64,000 bases of DNA from Cenococcum geophilum (lineage: Eukaryota). Position 1 is the first letter of the stretch; the number at the start of each line of letters is the position of its first letter. Below the pieces are notes generated by a model that saw only the letters and a list, made by a program, of their open reading frames with translations, was not told the DNA's origin and did no database searches. This document shows, in pieces, positions 39,500 to 55,154 of the stretch. Position numbers and translations under genes: made by a program. The stretch spans positions 7,502,001 through 7,566,000 of the forward strand of contig CP158636.1 in NCBI GenBank assembly GCA_050273025.1, written 5' to 3'.

Positions 39500-42400
39500 T
39501 GTTGGTCATATAGGGTGACTCACTAATAACGACTACTCGAGTAGGTTACAGTGATGTTGGTTGATAAAGCTTTTTGATTGGAATGAGGAAGGGCGAGGAG
39601 CTTAAGGCTCCTTGCTACGCTAGTGCCGCGGCAACACATAACGACCGCTTGCCTTATTCCCGACACTAGCAACTCTTCTTTTATGGTTGCTATCTATATA
39701 TAACTACTGCTTAACTAGCGTAATAAATATCAATCCTTCTTACTTACTATTGCTATTGTAATATAAGTCTCGCTATCCTAAAATTTGCCTCTTAGCACAT
39801 AGTGCTTTCTTGCTAAGGAGTTGTTAGTGGATATTGTGTTAGGGTCGTTAGGGCCGCTAAGGCGCTAGCTATAAGCGAGCTAATAGCGATTTTCTATACC
39901 GGGTATGGAAAATCCTAATTGGCTGGTTGAAATTAGGGTCTATAGAGCGTTATGCTCTTACTCCCTTTTAACCTAACCTTTAACTTATACGCGTAAAGTA
40001 TTTATATTAATAAACGTTTCTAGAGCCTTATTTGGGTTTGCCTTTATTATTATATCTACTAGGTTATTTTAACTATTAATCCATTAAATCTTAAAGAGTT
40101 TTCGCCGTTTGTAGGATTAGTAAAGTGCCATAATATTAATTATAAGGCGCTTCTCCTTTGTAGTACTAAGCTTGACTAAGCACTTATAGAGGGAGTATAA
40201 GTCGGTATACACGATTATAGGGATAACGGGAAGTTTAAGTCAATCTATAATTATCTTTAGAGTAGTTCTAATTGTAATTGCTATGTTAACTCCGCTAACC
40301 ATTCTATATATCTCTAACGCTAGAACGCTTTAAGTAACGCGCTTACGCTTAGTTGAGCTCTAATAGATAAGATTGCTGTAGATCGTAAAGTTATTCTCTT
40401 TAGTAGATTCGTTCGCGATAATAATCTTATATTTTAGCTAGGAGCTAAAATCTTTATTATTTATAAACGATCTATTAATAAATATAAAGAGCTTAGTGGT
40501 GGGAAGATTAATAGGTATATAGAGTAGTCCCCGGTTAAGATGGTTTATTTACTAAGAGAGACGCTTATTTAGGGTAAGGACATTATCCTTAGTTAGTTCC
40601 TGGTGTTAAGCGGCAATAGAGAGATTAAATAAAGCCTTAGGTTAATAGATAGAAGCGATATAAGCTCTATAAGCGCGTTACTCTATATATCCTTATTTTA
40701 GAGAATTAACGTTAATAACGTTAATCTTCTTGCCTTAACCCTTCTGGCATAAAGCAATAGAATCCTTGTTTAGGGAGAGGATATATCTATTAAAGAGTAA
40801 TAGTATTATTAAATTAAGCTTTTCCTTTAGCTTTGCTATGAGATTTACCTTTACTAGCTCGTCTTCTTTAAGAGCTAAGAATTAGTTATCTCCTAAGATA
40901 ATTATATTGTCGGTTTATATACTAACGATTCCAAATAGAGTTCCCGTAGTTATAATAAGGAAGCATAGATCGAATATAGAAGTAGTTATTAAAAGCTTCT
41001 CTTTATGGTGCTTGCTATAGGTAGCCTACTAGTAAGTTCCTACCTCTACAATTCTATACAATGGCTTAAGCATAACTATAATCGTATCTTCGGAGTATTA
41101 GTAGCGAATTTACTCTAAAAGGTATACTAATATTAAGCGCTAAAGGTGCGTCTCTAATTGGGTGTAGGCCTAAGTAATATCTTATAAATAGACTGCCATT
41201 TTATTCTTTATTAGGGAGGGAGCTAGTATAACAATAACTCGCTAACTGGCTCGTTAAATTATGGGAGATTGTATAAGAATTACCTCCTTACTATTGTCGT
41301 TGTAGCCTTAGATAATAAGCCTTAATTTCTTAAATAGGGCGTTAGTAGCTTTGCCTTTAATCTTATTAACTATTCTTAACTTAAAGATGCGAACTTTATT
41401 AAACTTAGTAGGGTTATACTTCTTAAATTTAAAGACCCCTCTTATAATAAGACTATCGATCTCCTGCTTGTCGGATGCTTAGAAAGGAGCTCCTAGAGTT
41501 ATAATATAACCTTCCTTTTAGAGCTGTTTTATAAGTTTAAAGTTAGCCTTCTTCTTAGCTATTATAAAGGCCATTAATAGCTTAACTCCATTCTTAATAG
41601 CGGCAATAAATTGCTCTTCGAAATTAATAAGATGTTAGCGATTTTGTAATCCCTTTAGGCGACCTCTACCGCGTTATAGTTGCGGCATATCTACTATAAT
41701 TATATTAGGATTATGGTCGCCTTCTAGAGCACGTTAATTATAGCTCTCCTTTAGGGTATCTTCTATAGTATCCTATAAAGGCTTAAAACTATTATCTTTG
41801 TAGTAAGGCTTAATAACAGTTAAACGGAATTAAGTGGGTCTGTAAGGCATCTAAATAGTATAAGTTTAACCATTAATTATAATAAGTTAATATAGGCCTA
41901 ACTATTCTCCCTTTTTACGCCATACGCGTACCTTAGACTAAAGTGGCAGATTAAGCGTAGTTAAGGTATTTAGGCCATTTCTTATTCCTAGTGCATTATT
42001 AACCTAGCGTGTAGCGTAGAGACGTTATACCTCCTTTATTGCCTTATAAATAGCCTTAGCTCATTATACAATAGAGGGAGATAGTAGAGAATTATTAGTT
42101 ATTTAAGGGTAGGCGCTAAAGACTAGTAACATAGGTACGAGTCTATCTAGGCTAGCGGAATTGTTAATAGCTTTAATAGCCATTTATAAGGTAAGTTCTT
42201 CGCTAGCGTCTTCTAGTTCTAAAGAGATAATCTTATATGCGCGGTATAATGGCGTATAATATTATTTTACTTTTCTAATACTATTATATGCCTTAATAGG
42301 GACTTCCTTAACCTTAATTGCTATTACCTTTGTCTATTATTAAAACTCTGTAGATAAGAAGTTCTTTCCTACGTTATAGACGATTTAATTAGGGGGTCCT

Positions 42401-45400
42401 AGGTAGACATTAATTTAGTATAATTAAAGGGTATCCTATACGTTCCTAGCTAACATATTCTTTAAGAATTGTGCGGCTTAGAAGGAGGTTAAGAAGTTAA
42501 CAACTTAGAGTACTGGCTTGCCGCTAAGATATATAACGTTAATAATAATACAGAAGTTAAAGTTGTAGTTATCTTTAAGGGTGAACTTAAATCGGCTAGG
42601 GGACTTCTGGTTTATTTGGTATTAATAGCAGTACTTTATAAGATGCTTAATTGCCTTAACCTTAACTTTATAGCCTACCCGCTAAAGAACCCTAAGCAAT
42701 TAGTAAACGGATAGGTGGCCAAAACGACGGTGTAGTTGACGTAACTCTAACTTAGTTAAATAGCTCTAAGTAATACTCTTTTCTAGTTAATAAAGGAGTA
42801 ACTAGGGGTAACCCTACTTATATATAATAGGCACCTAATTATCTCCCTAAATAAGTATATTCTTAAGGTTATTAAGCTTAACGCCTAATTTATTTATATC
42901 TCTAATGCAAAATAGAAACGGGGTGTTTATAGGAACGACGTAAAAGGTGATGTACCCTAAGGGGGTTTAGACCCTAATTGTGCTAATAAAGATTATAGTA
43001 CCCTTGCTAAAACAAATCGTGTGTTAGCCTGCCGTTAAATAGTTAATCTAAATAGAGCTATTAAGCTGCTAAAGGGCTCGAACTTAAGGTTCTCCTACTA
43101 TAGATACTCCTGCGGCTTTAGTATCTAGTATAATACTATAGAAGACGTTCGCCGAGTATCTGTTATTAAAGGAGAACGCGGAACTCTCCCTTAGCTCGTT
43201 AAAGATATCTGACTTTATAGTAAAATGGAGCGTAGATTGGTTATTAAGAATAGTAATAGTTTATATGCCATCTACCTTACCATACTTAGTAAAGTATTGG
43301 TTGGGTAAGTACTCCTTAATTTCTATATCTATAAGGAGCTATTCGGCCTTATTAACCTTACCCTTAAGATCTTCTACGCCTTTATATTAAACTAGGAAGC
43401 TTTAGAAATAGGCCGTAGTAACCTTATAATTTCTAACATTTCTTATACTCTAGCAGAACTTGTTATATGCCTCCTTTTATTTATTAAGAGAATACCTAGT
43501 TAACTAGTAATTCGGTTTCTTATAAACGTAGCACTTCTTCTAGCAATTACTTTGAAATGAACCTCTATAAGGACCTCCACCTTTGCCTTATAGTCGTTAA
43601 TTATACCCTCTACCGTATTGCCTACCCCGGCTACTATATATTTGATTAGTTTAGTTATAATTATATTAGTCGGGCGGGTTAATTAAAGTAGGTTAGAGTT
43701 GGGCGTTAAATTGCTATACTTCTTAAGAGCGTAGAGCGGTGCTAATAGAAGATCTTAATTAAGTATATACTCCTTTGTAAGTATTTATAGGATTAAAGAG
43801 AGTAAGGTTATATTCTTTAATACCTTAATATACGCTAATAACTTAATTACGTAGGCTAAAGTCCTCTTAATATAATTTGGATAAACCACGCTAAATTATC
43901 TAAAGTTAATTAAAGAGCTTTTAAAGATAATTAAGCTAAGGGATACCTGGGTTTGTAGTAATAATCTTTAGGAAGATAGTCTCTCTCTATTCTAATATAT
44001 ACTGCTACTTATTCTCTTTTATTTTAAAGTAGTATCTTAACTTATATATTATGCGGTTAAAATTATATCCTTTTCCTACCAAACAATTATAATAGAAGGT
44101 ACTAGCTCGGCCCTTAAGCATAACGGAATAGGCGTTATGGTATTAATTAGACTCTATTCCTACCTTTTAGCAACAGTTATAGAAGATATATAGTTTTAAA
44201 TTAAGAATATTATATAATTCCCTGCTAAACTTCTTCTCCTAATCTAAATAGAGCTTCGCAAGCTCTGTAAGTAATTTTAAACTACCTCCGATTTAAGATT
44301 AAGATAGAGGAAGTAGAAGTTGTATTGCAGGCTATAGTGGGGACATAGGTCTAGTCGGTAGAGTTTAAAGGTTAGTAAATCGCGAAGTAAGGGGATCTTG
44401 TGCTTGCTTATGTTAAGAGGTAGTAGTTAAAGTTGCGGGTTAAATTAGTGGATTCTGGGGAACTAAAGATAGAGGTAGAGGCGATAGATATAGAACGGAA
44501 GAACTTGTGCCTGGAGTAATGGAATTAGAACGCGTCTCTTATAGTGTATTACTTAGATTCCATCGTAAGTTAAGCTTCCTTATAGTGCGTAGTTGGTGCT
44601 TAATCTCTTATGCAGTCTATTTGTGCTCTTTTTTTGTGTTAAGAACCTGCTCCTAAATATTATCTCTAATAGTACCCCCGTCCTTAGGGATAAATACTTT
44701 ATTCTCTTAAAGGAAGTTACGGAAGTCTTATATAATATCCTTATTTATAGGGGCCTATATTTCCTTTATCTATCTAACAAAGTCCTCCTTTATACATTCC
44801 TATAGCGCGGTATCGTTATATTTACTGTCCTTGTAATATGCCATATGGTATAATAAAAATCCATTTAAGTCTTGTTTATTAGTGTTTGCAAGGTTAATTA
44901 TAGCTTTATTCTATGTCTTTAGGTTAATATCTTCCTTATACTTCTTTGGGTAGGTTAACGCTATAGTAGGTATAAAATTAACGGGGTGTTGTACGTTAAA
45001 GGTAGGTAGGATTTTCGGTTTTATAGGATCTCGTAGGTTTACTGTTAAGAGGTAGGCAATTTAAGATATTATTTGACGCGTTTTAGATGTTAACTTAGGA
45101 CCTTAGGTTTAGTAATACTTCTGACCTAAAGTACTTAACTAAATCTTTATAAACGCGGTTGTTCTATATAATAGACGCAACTTAGTATCTCCTAGTACTT
45201 AGTAACACTTCTATTACTAGTTTTCCGCAAGTCTAAGGTAGCACAGTATCGCTGGGATCCATTCCATATGAGCGCATATGGCACCCCTGCACGAGACTGT
45301 CTCTTCTGTTTAAAAACCTAGCTGCTCTATGGTTAACTGTGTATTTAACCACTAATTAGTGTTGGTTATATAGGGTGACTCACTAATAACGACTACTTGA

Positions 45401-45525
45401 GTAGGTTACAGTGATGTTGGTTAATAAAGCTTTTTGATTGGAATGAGGAAGGGCGAGGAGCTTAAGGCTCCTCGCCACGCTAGTGCCGCGGCGACACGTG
45501 ACGACCGCTTGCCTTATTCCCGACA
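39500..45525 (-). mobile_element. Ty1/copia LTR retrotransposon B (166-bp LTRs) nested in the 3' LTR of element A
   Basis: LTRs 39500-39665 and 45360-45525; TSD TATAC at 39495-39499 and 45526-45530; minus-strand PPT AAAAGAAGAG next to the LTR at 39666; ELRQLHRRFGHLS integrase (~42740), IILDTKAAG protease (~43120), GIVSI*TDN RT (~40920). Confidence 0.93.
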
Positions 45526-45540
45526 TATACCGATACTTAT

Positions 45541-48500
45541 TATTCTATTAAGTAAATAGGGCAGGTCCGTTATACCTATCTACTGTAATTAGTAGTAACT
45601 AAGGCTAATCCTTTTTAATATCCGCGTGTCCCTTCTATATAACATCTTTAACTATACTAGTAGTACCATTTACTAAGCCTAGTTCAATCCAGATATTATA
45701 TATTAGCATTACTTTCACGCTAATATATAGGGCTAGATTCTCTATAGTATCGCACTAATTAGGAGTAACTTTCCGCGTACCTATACTAGTATTAACTAAC
45801 TTAATAGCTATTACTGGCTATAAAAGGTTGCGAAGCTAAGTAGTATTATACTTACCTATAGCAGCGCGTATACTATATAGCTGAATTATATTATTAAAGC
45901 CCGCAACCTTATTAGTGAATAAGCCCTGCTTATACCTAGTTAAAAGAAGCTTCTAGGTCAATTTATTTATAGAATTACTACGTAGCTCTATAAGGGCGGT
46001 CCTAAATACAGAGCTCTTAGCGTTATTACTACCCTACCGCATAACTTAATCTAGGACAGCTGTTTGGTTAATTGCCTTATAGGCTTCCTTTCTATAGCTA
46101 GCGAGCTCTAACGGCCTAGTAGGTAGATTGCTGTATAAGGCCGCCTAACCTATAGGGGGAAGCTAATGGAAATCGCCTACTAGTAAGATGTTTAAGCCTC
46201 TAAAGTAGTTGTCATTACGCGTAGGGTAGATTTAATGAAGGTGGCGATTAATCTAGGCTAGATATACTTACCCGATTATAGATTTCTCGTTAAAGATAAG
46301 ATAGTAAATATTCTTAAAAGCTTATTATAGAGGTATAAGACTAGCAGTAGGCAATTTCTTAAAGGGGCGATTTACTGGCAACCTTAATAGTTCGTACGTA
46401 GTTCTACCGTTAATATTAAAGGCAGCTACTCTAGTAGGGGCGGCTTAAACTAATGGCGACGGCTTGCTATTAGATATAGCTATATTATAAAGCGTAGTAA
46501 ATAGAATAGTAATAAGATGTAACTTACCGGTTCCCGCCTCTCTATTAATATTAATCCGTAGTAGGGGGGGGCTAAGGCCTAATTAGATCTGCTTGTAGTG
46601 ATTAACTATAATATTATAAATATAACGCTAACCTAATTATAAGGAGGACGGAGTTGCTATTTGGGATAGACGGCTCTACGGTAGAGGCTATAGCCGTGCT
46701 TCCTGCTAATAAGTCCTCTTATTAAGCTGCGGGTACGTACCCCGATGCGTACTCTAGTTATAGTTATAATTAAGCTCCCTATTACTAAGCCTGTTAGAAT
46801 CCTTAATTTTAACTCTATTAGTATTTTAAATGCGGGTATATAGGGCCTTAAAGGACTAGTATAGCTCTAAGTTGTCTGCAAAATCGCCCTTAAACTCATT
46901 AATATTATTAGTAGTTTTGTAACCTTCCTCTAGTTTCTAATTATAGAAGTAGTTAGGCAGATGCTAATAAGAGTTAACGTAAGCCTAATAGGAAGCTATA
47001 TAATTAGGAGCCCTAAATCTATTAGTATAAGTAGCTACTTCCTTATACTCCCTCTACGGGTAATAAAGAATAAGCTTTACGCGATAGAACTTAGGATACT
47101 ACAGATAGAAACGATCGCCGTTATATTATAGAAAGTATAATATAACTTAAGGCCTTACTCTTAGCCGACGCTTATAAGTAGAGTAATTAAAATAGAGTAG
47201 AAAATTGAGGAAAGTAACATCCTCTACCCTATCTGGGCGGCGCTTATACTTCTTATAGTTAGATAGTCCACACCCTCTTAGTTACCCATTATTAAGCTTA
47301 TACGTAGCGCTTTAATTATCCTCCTAGTAGTAGTTTAAAGTTACTATATTCCTAGAGCCTTTATAAAGGGGAATATTAAGAAGTAAATAGTATACCTCCT
47401 GCGCTAACTAATCGCGTTTAGTAATAAGCTTATTTATAAACCTAGCCACGACCGAACTAAAGGCATAAAGGCTATTAGCATACGGCTATACTGATTAGAG
47501 TAACTCCTAGTAGGAAGTCGATTTCTTCTCTTTCTTACTATAATACTTGCCTATATAGTTAACTATTACTAATATACTTATAGCGGGTGACGTATTAATA
47601 TTCGCCATCTACGCTAATATTATAGCTGCATTATAACTATTAAGAAGCTTATTATTACGTTATAGATAGAACGTCTAGTAATATAGATTTTAATCCTTTA
47701 ATACAGCGGCCTTATTACGGAAAGAGCGTAGAAAATAAAAGCGGTACTCCTTTACTCTAGTGGAGCCTTTCTTTAATTATAAGCAGTAAAATTCGGTGCA
47801 ATTATGGTGCTGTTAAAATCGATTAAGGTAGGTAGTAAGAAGCTTACTAGTATTAAGCTGTTCTTTATAGCTAAGAGTAGAAGGATATTAAAGATCGGGA
47901 GGCCTAGATTAATTAGGATTGATTACGGATATAAAAGTAGCCTAGTACTTAGCAAAAGCCGCCCTTAATTTAATAGCTAACGGATCTAGCCTTAGGGCTG
48001 TTAAACTCTATAAGAAGCTATATATATAGCCGCTACCTTATACTTACCACTTATATTAGGACTAAAAGTTAGTGCTATTAAATAGGCCTATAAGCATGTG
48101 CTTCCTAAACAGATTAAAGCGGCGATATAGCTAGTAAGCAATAATATGCGGATTATCGTTAAGATTCTAAAAAACAATCCGGTAGCGCTAAGCCTTATTA
48201 GTAGCCTTATATTTGTTAAATAGAGGTATATAAGAGTGTAGATTATGCTAATATAGATTAGTAGCGCTAAGTTTAAAGAATAGAGACCCGCTTTTAATAT
48301 TCTTAGTATAAGCTGTAAGCTTATTCCTCTTCTACCTCTAGTAAGGTCTAGTGCCCTTAAGGTTCCATATATGCCGTACAATCTTATTTAGCAACTAGCT
48401 ACCCCTATTGCTATTTATAATATTACTAAACTTATCTAAAGATAGACTATTTTTATTTAATTAGCTGTAGAGGAAGCGGGTGGCGTTAAGGGCTTGCTCT

Positions 48501-49850
48501 TTTATAATTTAATTAAATATATAGTAGTAAAATAAGGGGTAGCGGCCAAACTGACCGTCCTAATACTTAAGCATATGCTTAGTGTACGTAGCCAGGGTAA
48601 CTGTACGGCTTTATGGTATATTAAAATCGGCTTTACTATAAGGAAACAGAGTAAAAAAGGCGCTGCGTATAATAAAACTAGCTAATCGCTTAGAGAGAGG
48701 TGTCTATCGTATAGTAGGAACCTTTAGGCCCGCTTGTAAGTCTTATTAGTATTAAACCTCGCGACCTAAAAGCTCTAATTTACTAAGGTTAGGCACTAGA
48801 TTAGAAACCAAAGTATCTAGTATATTATTATTAAATTCGCCGTTTAGTATATTACTGCTAAGTTTGGTAGGTAGAGGATTAATAGTAAAAGGACGTTATA
48901 TAGGAGTAGTAGGGTAAGCCGTCGGGCTACTAGAATTAGACTCTAACTTATTAATATAAGGTAGCTAATCTAATATAGAGCTATTTTTGGGTAAGCTAGT
49001 AAGCTAAGTGCTATATATTTTAACATCGCGATAATTAGGATAATTAACCTTTAGAAAGTAAAGCCACTATACTATAGTAGAGCGCCTTATAGTATACCGC
49101 TTGGTAAACCGCTAACTTAGGTATTTGCCACCCTCTACTACCGTAGGCCTTACGACCAGTATATTAAGTTTAGTAGGTAGCCATAGTAGCTGCCTCTAAG
49201 TCTTTGGTGTATTCTAGCCAAAGCAGCAGACGTGGCTAGTATAGCGATATTGCTAGCCGCGTATACGTACGACTTGCAGATAAATATATACGCGCGTAAT
49301 TAGAAGCTCCTCTACCGCGGTAAGTATAGGTAGGAAGCTAGAAATAGGCCCCGGATTGAGCCCGTTGCTTTTACCAAATAGGGGAGAAAGGGTTAGATCT
49401 TTAAGGCTATTGGCGTCCTTAATATAGGCTTTATATATACCTATATTATTACCCTTTATAGCTAGGCCCATTTAGAACCACCGCTCCTTATAATAACTAC
49501 ACGTCTCTATATATTTAGCCTATAATATACTCCTAAACTTCTTAATTTACTCCTAATTAACAGCCGAAACGGGTAGTAGTGTGGCCGTAGCCGGAGTAGG
49601 TATTGGCAGTAGAGTAGGCATAGGAGCTAGCCCCGGCAAGGACGTATTTGGGTTATCTAAAGTGCCTCTTTTACTGTATGGAGCTTCGTCTATAGTATAT
49701 AGCGGAGGAGTAGGCAAGTAAGCCTTACCCCGCTGATTAAGAATGCAGTACTCCCTTTATATTGCCCTAATTATCTTCCGCCGTTAAGCTATTTTAGGGG
49801 TATCTTGGCTATTCTAGCCGCAAGGCAAGAAGGCGTTCTTGGTATCATTT
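45541..49850 (-). pseudogene. Helitron Rep (HUH endonuclease)-PIF1 helicase, main part
   Basis: LTAVEELLITRVYIYLQVVRIRG (ORF 49253-49471); YKW*V*GSGYIYSFL* (=YEWQ.RGSGHIHSFLW HUH motif, ~48050-48010); Walker A EAGTGK (~46530); NEKSI (DEKSM); LVGDFH*LPP (~46170); IWIELGLVNGTT (~45680). Start approximate. Confidence 0.88.
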
Positions 49851-51047
49851 TTAGGTAAAGTAATTTACTAGCGCCTTATAGGACAACTCTTAGTAGCAGA
49901 ACCTGGCTCTATAAGAGCTCTCCGCTTATTTAAAACATATTTAAAGGCCTAGAAAAGTAAGTAGAGGTAGAAGTAGTATATAGGGAAGACGCGCCTTTAA
50001 CCGACATAACTGGCATAGCTTTAAAAGCTTCTTTAAAGGGCCGTCTTTAACAAAGTTAAGGCGGGGCTTATGGATATAGCACTTGCTGCACTCAATTACA
50101 GTAGGATCTGCCATATTTATAATATATATAGTGGTATTAATAGAGGTATTAACAAAAAGGAAGGCGCAATACTAGGATATTTTGATGTTTATAATATTTT
50201 AATGTTCGTCACGTGGATTCTGCCATAACTTACCGCGCGCAACATTTTTTGAACCAATCAAAAGCTGGCTTGGCAAAGTTTGAAATCTGGGACCCGAAAA
50301 TATAGACCACTCGTACCTCGGGTCAATAAATAGTGCTACAAAATTATGCTTGAGGAAATACGACGCAGCCTCTGTGGTTGATACTTGTTTCTTGAACGGG
50401 TGGTGAGATGCTTAGTCTGACGGTCTGGTCGGAACCTGCTCGCTACGTTTGATTGGCTGTTTTGTAAGTTGAAGTCACCTTTGGGGATCCTCGGCCATAG
50501 CTTAGCCTTGATCGAATGATGCAGACTTATTTAGCCGCCAGAGTACTTTAAGAGCTGCAACCATATCCTAATATCCGAACTTCTGCTGGTCGTAACGGGC
50601 ATGTCTTCATATCTTGAATAGTCTCTGGTTGTTGCGATGGTGGCGAGGCAGCTGAGGCTCATATGAAGACGGCACAGCTGAAGAGCCGCCCGGCTTCCTT
50701 CTCAAGCGCTTGGCGGGGTCTTACGTTTTCTTGGCATAACAAGATCCAACGCCTAAACTGTGTCACGCCCTGGTTACAGTTGGTTGCTGACAAAACATAC
50801 AAAGATGTATTGCCTTGGTGCGCTCTATACCTACATACCTCTTCACTGATATCCATTTATTTATCCGGTGGCCTGCTTCGGAAGCATTGGGCTGCAGTCT
50901 TGAGCAAGCGTGGGGTAGAGAAGCCTCTTGGCACCGATATTGATTCCCTTTTCCCTTGGAGCAACTCATTCTTCTTTGCGTAGGACCTCTTGTTTGTCGC
51001 TCATTAATTTAGGTCTCGTTTCTTCTCGGATATCCCTTCAACGCGAC

Positions 51048-52904
<1,857 letters not shown>

Positions 52905-54495
52905 AAGACTTCATCTAGCTTGATCTTTGTACAACAACACGAATGTAGACATGGCACCGGAGCGAAGAATTGCCTAGCATGACATAAATAGATGAGCTAA
53001 GGAGTCCTCGAGGACCTTTGAGGAGGTTCGTCACAGCTAAAGCATTAGAAAGATGAGGGATTTTTGCGAATGAGCGAATCCCTCAAACACTCATAGACGT
53101 GAGGGGGTTAGCAAAATCTTGCAATGGTCTAACGAGCCTCAAGAGCACCTATGTACACACTAGCATTCATAGGCAGTCTCAGCTCAATGAATGCATTCAC
53201 TTCATAACACGAGAGGGCCGCTGAATCTACCCTACGTTGCTGATGCCCACCCAATCTCCTATTTCATCAAAAGCTGAACAGTCTCGTTTTTTAGGTGAAT
53301 CAACGTCACGGACTGCAGCGCTGAAGTTGGCAGCTGAGTAAACCGCGCTAATCACCCAAGCTATTAGGACCATGCCACCTTATCTGACTCCCCTGCCGCC
53401 GCTCCACATTCTGCGATCTAGTACCTGCATAGTCCTGATAAGCCCTGCTACAGATTAACCCAGGTAGCTGCATGGCCTGCAAGACATCGTAATCCACTAC
53501 TGCAAGTCATCGCGCTACTAACACCCGGGAAAAAGCATCAACGGTTCAGCCATCTGGAGCCAGCTCCTAACACAGATGGTAAACAGGACTAACGATAGAG
53601 GAACCTAATATACTAGGGTTTCGGCATTGGCCACTGGGAGAACTCATTAGCAACTTAGCCGGCTGCCACGCCCATCGGGTGTAGCAATATCAGCGAATTA
53701 GCTTTCCGGCCATTCTATCCTAGCATCACGTCCAGTCAAGTCCACGTAAGGCCTGAAACAGTCAATTCTGATCCGCCTATGCTAATGATTTATAAATTAG
53801 ATCTCTTAGGACGCTTCATCACGGTGCGCGTACCACGATCCTTCGTTATAGCCACACTGGCGGTGGTCATAGCCGCTCTCATAATTGCACTATCAAGACT
53901 ATCGATCCTTTTTCAGTATTTCGACGCAAGTGGAACTCGCGCTGGTATGCCGCTCGTCCACAAAATGTTCAAGAATTTAGCCAATACATAGGAGTAGCTT
54001 GTGGCGAGCATCCCGCACTCGAATGTCCCCAGAGCATGCCCTGCAGGTCTCTCATCTCTCCCGGAGTGTATATATGCGCGAGTGGCAAATACAAGGGATG
54101 CAAGTGTCAGGATACCTGTCCAACACCCCACTCCCGTGCTCAGACAAAGCGTGCCGACGTTGCTGGCGACTTAGAAATAGGTACAGAAAAGAAGTCATAA
54201 ATGTCGATTGCAATAAAATGGTAGCCGGCAATAGTAATAACGGGGATTCCGCTGTACCAGGAATTCCAACCATCTCTGCCCCGGCAAGCTCAGGGAGTAG
54301 GAGGACGCTTTGCAGTTTATGGGAAATGGATATGAATAATTAGTATCAAGTTGTAGACATTCACGCACTGATGACAGACAGTTGTAGTGGCATATTATGT
54401 GTGTATTTCTAAGCTCTAGTAATGTCTGATTGGTGTAATCGTCAGAACGGAAGTAGCTGGAGGAGGGCTCAAGATTGATTCTACGCTTGTCGCAC

Positions 54496-55154
54496 TCAAG
54501 ACTCACCATACACTGTAGTTGGATCAAAATCAGGATGCTGCCTGAACAGATTCACAATGGGCAGAAACAGATATTCTCCACTCCATTTGCCTTTCCCTGC
54601 CTCTGCCTCTGTCTGCCCCTTAACCCATTTCCGCACGTCTTGCCAAGGCATCCACTCCCATTTAGAGCACTTGTTGGGCTCCATGGCCTGCCGGGCCAGT
54701 ATAACATGTTAGCCCCTTATAGCCCATGATATACCATGTTTATGTCATCAAATTCACCAAAAATCGGCACCTAAGAAATACAAACTACTCACGACAGGCT
54801 CTTTATTCTGGCCTTCAATCATGCAGCCCACGAAAACCGTGACATAATGCTTTCCCTCAGACGGCATAAAGTCGTTTGTCGCAGCCAGGAACTGGATTCC
54901 AACGACAGGTAGACCCGTCTCCTCGAGAACCTCACGCTTGGCACATACATCGAACGTCTCGCCATACTCGAGGTGGCCGCCAGGAAAGGCCCATGTGCCT
55001 AAATGTGGACATGGTTTGCTTTCGTTTACACAAAGTCGGCGGGGCATGGTAGCTGCTTACCTGCTCCATGGCTGCCTTGGCGTTGGCCCATGATGACTTT
55101 GCCATTGCCGTCAAGGACGAGGACAGCGACGCCGACTTGTGGGCGGGGATCCAT
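54496..55154 (-). CDS. Nudix hydrolase (NUDT15/MutT-like); exons 55154-55061, 54998-54793 and 54687-54496
   Basis: [11 protein letters not shown]...[37 protein letters not shown] (Nudix box), [18 protein letters not shown]; canonical GT-AG introns, the second with a GCTAAC branch site. Confidence 0.93.

Larger units (their letters stand above)
33236..45535 (+). mobile_element. Ty1/copia LTR retrotransposon A (172-bp LTRs) inserted in the Helitron helicase
   Basis: 5' LTR 33236-33407; 3' LTR 39333-39499 plus last 5 nt at 45531-45535; TSD CTTAT at 33231-33235 and 45536-45540. Motifs: KCYV..RED zinc knuckle (~35283), IIN(D)I(T)GA protease (~35743), ELRRLY(H)R.F integrase (~36150), GIVSL*TNNIL (=GIVGLQTDDTL, ~37980), FIDASFANNKDLS RNase H (~38472). 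Confidence 0.93.
29900..50328 (-). mobile_element. Helitron2/Helentron-like rolling-circle element (~8.1 kb native plus 12.3 kb nested LTR elements), RIP-degraded
   Basis: Rep-PIF1 coding remnants; subterminal inverted repeat TTGACCCGAG (29927-29936) / CTCGGGTCAA (50317-50326); terminal hairpins ACGTTG..CAACGT (29904-29921) and GACCCGA..TCGGGTC (50291-50324); the RIP signature stops near both boundaries. Exact end bases uncertain by a few nt. Confidence 0.8.

Noticed and set aside
50928..51047. N-terminal extension of the 600-aa ORF from a TTG start
   Set aside because: The first ATG at 51048 gives a normal type II membrane N-terminus; the ORF track also runs into the intron at 52725.
53000..54450. 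Several short overlapping ORFs
   Set aside because: No recognisable domains; consistent with intergenic or promoter DNA.
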